Assembly: GCA_045631665.1 (NCBI GenBank)
Contig: JAZQVD010000051.1
Coordinates: 60,754 to 124,753 of the forward strand
Reading direction: 5' to 3'
Source of the DNA: Alloprevotella sp.
GTDB taxonomy: Bacteria; Bacteroidota; Bacteroidia; Bacteroidales; Bacteroidaceae
Length of the DNA: 64,000 nucleotides
Positions 60,079 through 64,000 of the stretch are shown here, in pieces (positions within the stretch are counted from its first letter, which is position 1; each line of letters opens with the position of its first letter). The notes under the pieces are model-generated. The model was given only the letters and a program-made list of their open reading frames with translations. It ran no database searches and was not told where the DNA came from. The position numbers and the translations under genes are program-made.

Positions 60079-62323
60079 AATAAAGGGACGCTACACCTTC
60101 ATCAAATGGATGTTTGTAGTATTGGGTCTTGCCATTCTCGGTAAGGCCTTCTACACCATGACTGTCAAGAGCGAATATTGGAGAGAAGTTGCCAAGCAGC
60201 GCGAGCGTGTAAATCTCGAACTCAAGCCTATGCGCGGCAATCTTTTGGCTTCTAACGGAGAAGTCTTGGCGGCGTCAATCCCCGAGTTCTTAATGTATAT
60301 GGACTTCGGAACTTGGGAGAAAGATAGCGCACGAGCAGCGAAAGACCTTAAGTTGCGCGACTCGCTTTTCCTCCAAAACTTGGACAGCATTTGCTTGGGA
60401 ATGGAAGAAATCTTCCCTGATGTTGACGCCGAAAATGTGCGCAAGCATTTGCTGAAGGGGCAGGAGCGCCGCTCACACAGTTGGCCGCTATACACGGCAG
60501 CAGTGCTAAAACCCGAGGCAGCAAAGAAGCGCAAGAACAAGAAGCGCAACCAGCGCGTGACCTACGTGCAGTACAAGGATATGAAGTCGTTGCCCTTCCT
60601 ACGTCGCTCTACGGGCATCAGCGGTTTTTATGTTGACACCATCCCCGTGCGCAAAAATCCCTTTGGTGCCTTGGCACGCCGCACGGTTGGGCGTTTCGAC
60701 AGTTGTGCGCGTTACGGTCTTGAACTTTCTTGCGACTCTCTTCTTGCGGGAAAGTCGGGTAGTTATCACACGCAGAAGTTGATGAAACACTTGGTGCGCG
60801 TAGTGGACGTCCCCGCCATAGATGGTTACGACGTAATGACTACGATTGACGTAGACATCCAAGATATTTGCGAAAGAGTCTTGCGCAACCAGTTGGAGCA
60901 CTTGGTGAAAACCAGCAATGGGCAGACACAAGAGGGCGTAGTTATCGTATTGGAAACCGCCACGGGCGACATCAAGGCGATGACCAGTCTTTCGCGCAAT
61001 CCCGACAATAGTTTTTCAGAAAATCAGCCACTCGCCGTGGGCAACATGTACGAGCCTGGTTCGGTTTTCAAACCTATGTCATTCCTTGTCGCTATGGACG
61101 ACGGGTTGATGGACTTAAACAGCAAGGTTGACGTAGGGCGCGGACTCTACCCCATGTATCGCCGTGTGATGCGCGACCACAACTGGCGCGGCGGCATCGG
61201 TTACGGGCTCATCAACACGGAAGAAATTATCAAGTATTCCTCAAATATTGGTGTGAGCGTCATTATCGACAACGCCTACAAGGACGACCCCGCCCGCTTT
61301 GTGGATGGTTTGTACCGCTTGGGCATTGCAGAAGACCTTAAAATCCCGCTCGACCACTACCACAAACCTTACATCCGCCGCCCGACCAAAGCGAACTGGT
61401 CAAAGACGGCACTCCCCTGGATGAGCATCGGATATGAAACGCAGGTGCCCCCGATTTCTACGGTCAACTTCTATGCCGGCGTGGCCAATAACGGCAAACT
61501 CTTCCGTCCGCGCCTCGTAAAAGCCCTCTTGCGTGACGGAAAAATCGTTAAGGAATTTCCCAACGAAGTCCTCCGCGAGCAGATGGCGAGTCCTGAAGCC
61601 ATAAAGATGATTCAACACTGCCTTTATGAAGTGGTACACTCCGGTCTCGGTCGTCGCGCCGGTTCAAAGATGTTCGACGTATCCGGGAAAACGGGTACCG
61701 CCCAGATTTGGACGCGCGCAGGTAAGTCGCAAGAATACCTCATCTCATTTGCCGGTTACTTTCCCTCTCAGAAACCGCGCTACGCCTGCATCGTCTGCAT
61801 CCGCAAGAGTGGCACGGCATCAGGTGGCGGTATGTGCGGACCCGTCTTCAGTAAGGTGGCCGAAAGTATTATGGCAAAGGCGCACCAGTCAGACTTCTCA
61901 AGCGCTCGCGACACGATAAATCCCTTCCACCCCCAGGTGAAGGCGGGAGACATTGAGGCGGGCAGACAGGTGTTGAAGCAGATTGGCGTGACCCACCAGG
62001 CACACTTCAACGAGTATGCCGCTGAAACCGTTTGGGGCGCGCCTGACTCTGTGGCGCACACCATTTCGCTATCGCCCTCTGAAGAACCCAAGGACTCCAT
62101 CCCCAACGTCATGGGTTACGGACTGCGCGATGCGCTCTACCGCTTGGAGAGTGCGGGCATGCACGTCGAAGTAAAGGGCGTGGGCGTCGTTGTTAAGCAA
62201 AGCAAGAAGGCTGGTACAACGCTCACACCCGGCGATACGATTACGCTGACGTTATCCACAAAAACCAAGGCGCCGAAGAAGAAAATCAAGGAGCAACCGC
62301 CCGTTGCGCCTCCCACTCAGTAG
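60059..62323 (+). CDS. ftsI: class B penicillin-binding protein with PASTA domain
   Basis: EPGSVFK (SxxK), SSN, GKTGTAQ, C-terminal PASTA. Confidence 0.9.
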   Translation: MEFPKDKIKGRYTFIKWMFVVLGLAILGKAFYTMTVKSEYWREVAKQRERVNLELKPMRGNLLASNGEVLAASIPEFLMYMDFGTWEKDSARAAKDLKLRDSLFLQNLDSICLGMEEIFPDVDAENVRKHLLKGQERRSHSWPLYTAAVLKPEAAKKRKNKKRNQRVTYVQYKDMKSLPFLRRSTGISGFYVDTIPVRKNPFGALARRTVGRFDSCARYGLELSCDSLLAGKSGSYHTQKLMKHLVRVVDVPAIDGYDVMTTIDVDIQDICERVLRNQLEHLVKTSNGQTQEGVVIVLETATGDIKAMTSLSRNPDNSFSENQPLAVGNMYEPGSVFKPMSFLVAMDDGLMDLNSKVDVGRGLYPMYRRVMRDHNWRGGIGYGLINTEEIIKYSSNIGVSVIIDNAYKDDPARFVDGLYRLGIAEDLKIPLDHYHKPYIRRPTKANWSKTALPWMSIGYETQVPPISTVNFYAGVANNGKLFRPRLVKALLRDGKIVKEFPNEVLREQMASPEAIKMIQHCLYEVVHSGLGRRAGSKMFDVSGKTGTAQIWTRAGKSQEYLISFAGYFPSQKPRYACIVCIRKSGTASGGGMCGPVFSKVAESIMAKAHQSDFSSARDTINPFHPQVKAGDIEAGRQVLKQIGVTHQAHFNEYAAETVWGAPDSVAHTISLSPSEEPKDSIPNVMGYGLRDALYRLESAGMHVEVKGVGVVVKQSKKAGTTLTPGDTITLTLSTKTKAPKKKIKEQPPVAPPTQ

Positions 62324-62386
62324 CGAAAAAATACGACAAAAACAGAGCGTTCATACTACCCTAAAAATCTTTACATTAGATACGCC

Positions 62387-62474
62387 CAAAATTGTTAGTA
62401 ACCTTTTTTAAATTACATTACTAATAATTTAAATTATGTTACTAATAGTTTTTACGAGAATAGGTTTAGTTTTT
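62387..62474. repeat. 21-bp-period palindromic element, copy 8
   Basis: One forward and two reverse units plus tail tttttacgagaataggtttagttttt. Confidence 0.9.
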
Positions 62475-62566
62475 GAGAACGCTATTTTACCCGTTTCAAA
62501 AGTCCGATTCCGAACGGCAAACGCCGTATCTCGTTCCCCAAAATCTCAGCATCATTTTAAACTCCT

Positions 62567-64000
62567 ATGTTGCTCAAAGACATTCTCACGAAAGTCACCG
62601 TAGAAGAAACGCGCGGTGACCTCAACATCCCCATTGCGGGGGTAAATATCGACAGTCGTCGCGTTGCTGACGCCCACCTGTTTATCGCCGTTAAAGGTAC
62701 GCAGGTAGACGGTCACGCCTTTATTGATAAAGCCATAGCGCAAGGAGCAACAGCCGTGCTCGTGTGCGAGCCCATTCCCGCAGAAGTGCCCGAAGGAGTA
62801 ACCTTCGTGCGCGTGGCAGACACTGAAGACGCCGTAGGTAAGGTTGCCACACAATTCTATGGCGACCCCACGTCAAAACTCAAACTCGTGGGCGTTACGG
62901 GTACGAACGGAAAGACCACCATCGCTACGGTGCTCTACGAGATGTTCCGCAAGTTTGGTCACAAGTGCGGCCTCTGCTCTACGGTATGTAACTACATCGA
63001 CGGAGTGCCCTACCCCACAGAATGCACTACGCCCGACGCCATTACGCTCAATCAGTTGCTCGCCGAAATGGTAGCGCAAGGTTGTACGCACGCCTTTATG
63101 GAATGCTCTTCGCATGCCATTCAGCAAAAGCGCATTGGAGGACTCACCTTTGCAGGAGCCTTGTTTACAAATCTCACACGCGACCACCTCGATTATCATA
63201 AGACATTTGACGCTTACCGCGATGCCAAGAAGGCCTTCTTTGACAATCTTCCCAAGCAGGCGTTTGCCATTACGAATGCTGATGATAAAAACGGCAGCGT
63301 GATGCTCCAAAACTGCAAAGCCACCTTGCGCAGTTACTCTACGCGCACTGCCGCCGACTTTAAGGGGCGCATTCTCGAAGAAAGCATTGAGGGCATGCTG
63401 CTCGACATTAACGGACAGGAAGTTAGCGTGCGCTTCGTAGGTCGCTTCAATGTCAGCAATCTGCTTGCTGTATATGGCGCAGCAATTCTGTTGGGCAACG
63501 AACCGCAGGAAGTGCTCCGCGTAATGTCGGAGTTGGCACCTGTAAACGGTCGCTTCGAAGCCATTCGTTCTCCTAAGGGCGTCAACGCCATTATCGACTA
63601 CGCCCACACGCCCGATGCACTCCAAAATGTGCTCACCTCCATTCGTGACATCGTGAAGAATAAGGCGCAGGTGATTACCGTTTGCGGAGCGGGCGGCAAC
63701 CGAGACAAGGGCAAGCGTCCCCTTATGGCAAAAGAAGCGGCATCACTCTCCGACCGCGTGATTATCACGAGCGACAATCCTCGCTTTGAAGAACCCGAGG
63801 CAATCATCAACGACATGCTCGAGGGGTTAGACGCAGAGCAACGCACACGCACCATTGCCATTACCGACCGTCGCGAAGCCATTCGTGCGGCTGTAATGAT
63901 GGCGCAACCGGGCGACGTTATCCTCGTTGCAGGTAAGGGACACGAACCTTATCAAGACATCAAGGGCGTGAAGCACCACTTCGATGACCATGAAGAGGTG
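62567..64000 (+). CDS. murE: UDP-MurNAc-dipeptide:meso-DAP ligase MurE (3'-truncated)
   Basis: Read by hand from ATG 62567: DSR, GTNGKTT, TTP, DHLDYH, DYAHTPD, DNPR, AGKGHE; runs off the window end. Confidence 0.95.
   Translation, partial: MLLKDILTKVTVEETRGDLNIPIAGVNIDSRRVADAHLFIAVKGTQVDGHAFIDKAIAQGATAVLVCEPIPAEVPEGVTFVRVADTEDAVGKVATQFYGDPTSKLKLVGVTGTNGKTTIATVLYEMFRKFGHKCGLCSTVCNYIDGVPYPTECTTPDAITLNQLLAEMVAQGCTHAFMECSSHAIQQKRIGGLTFAGALFTNLTRDHLDYHKTFDAYRDAKKAFFDNLPKQAFAITNADDKNGSVMLQNCKATLRSYSTRTAADFKGRILEESIEGMLLDINGQEVSVRFVGRFNVSNLLAVYGAAILLGNEPQEVLRVMSELAPVNGRFEAIRSPKGVNAIIDYAHTPDALQNVLTSIRDIVKNKAQVITVCGAGGNRDKGKRPLMAKEAASLSDRVIITSDNPRFEEPEAIINDMLEGLDAEQRTRTIAITDRREAIRAAVMMAQPGDVILVAGKGHEPYQDIKGVKHHFDDHEEV

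Noticed and set aside
3837-62474. 21-bp units read as a CRISPR array
   Set aside because: Only 3-4 units per site, mixed orientation, no unique 30-40-nt spacers and no cas genes.

Overview
Chromosomal window from a Bacteroidales bacterium, Prevotellaceae-like judging by TTG-N19-21-TAnnTTTG promoters, gene order and protein families. From left to right it contains: (1) the AT-rich end of a probable element integrated at the 3' end of tRNA-Leu(CAA) (1-1873); (2) recJ-recQ-WYL regulator-methyltransferase; (3) a LicC/CobD-like fusion, an opine dehydrogenase and LicD, followed by alkaline phosphatase and hflX; (4) a BspA-type LRR gene, manC and nhaC; (5) rpsL-rpsG-fusA-rpsJ with no rplC behind it; (6) a ~28 kb minus-strand Wzx/Wzy polysaccharide locus (23049-51404) with tailoring enzymes, pseudogene relics and four non-glycan passenger genes flanked by periodic repeats; (7) a FadL-like outer-membrane protein, a REP-flanked Y1 transposase and a MATE transporter; (8) the start of the dcw cluster without mraZ (rsmH-ftsL-ftsI-murE, the last truncated by the window edge). 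The best leads are a putative CDP-activated opine-phosphate glycan modification pathway (7972-11802), a dispersed AT-rich 21-bp-period palindromic element (8 copies plus one sequence variant), and a pyruvyltransferase + FrhB-like pair that could make lactyl ethers. All calls come from motif recognition by eye; no database searches were run.
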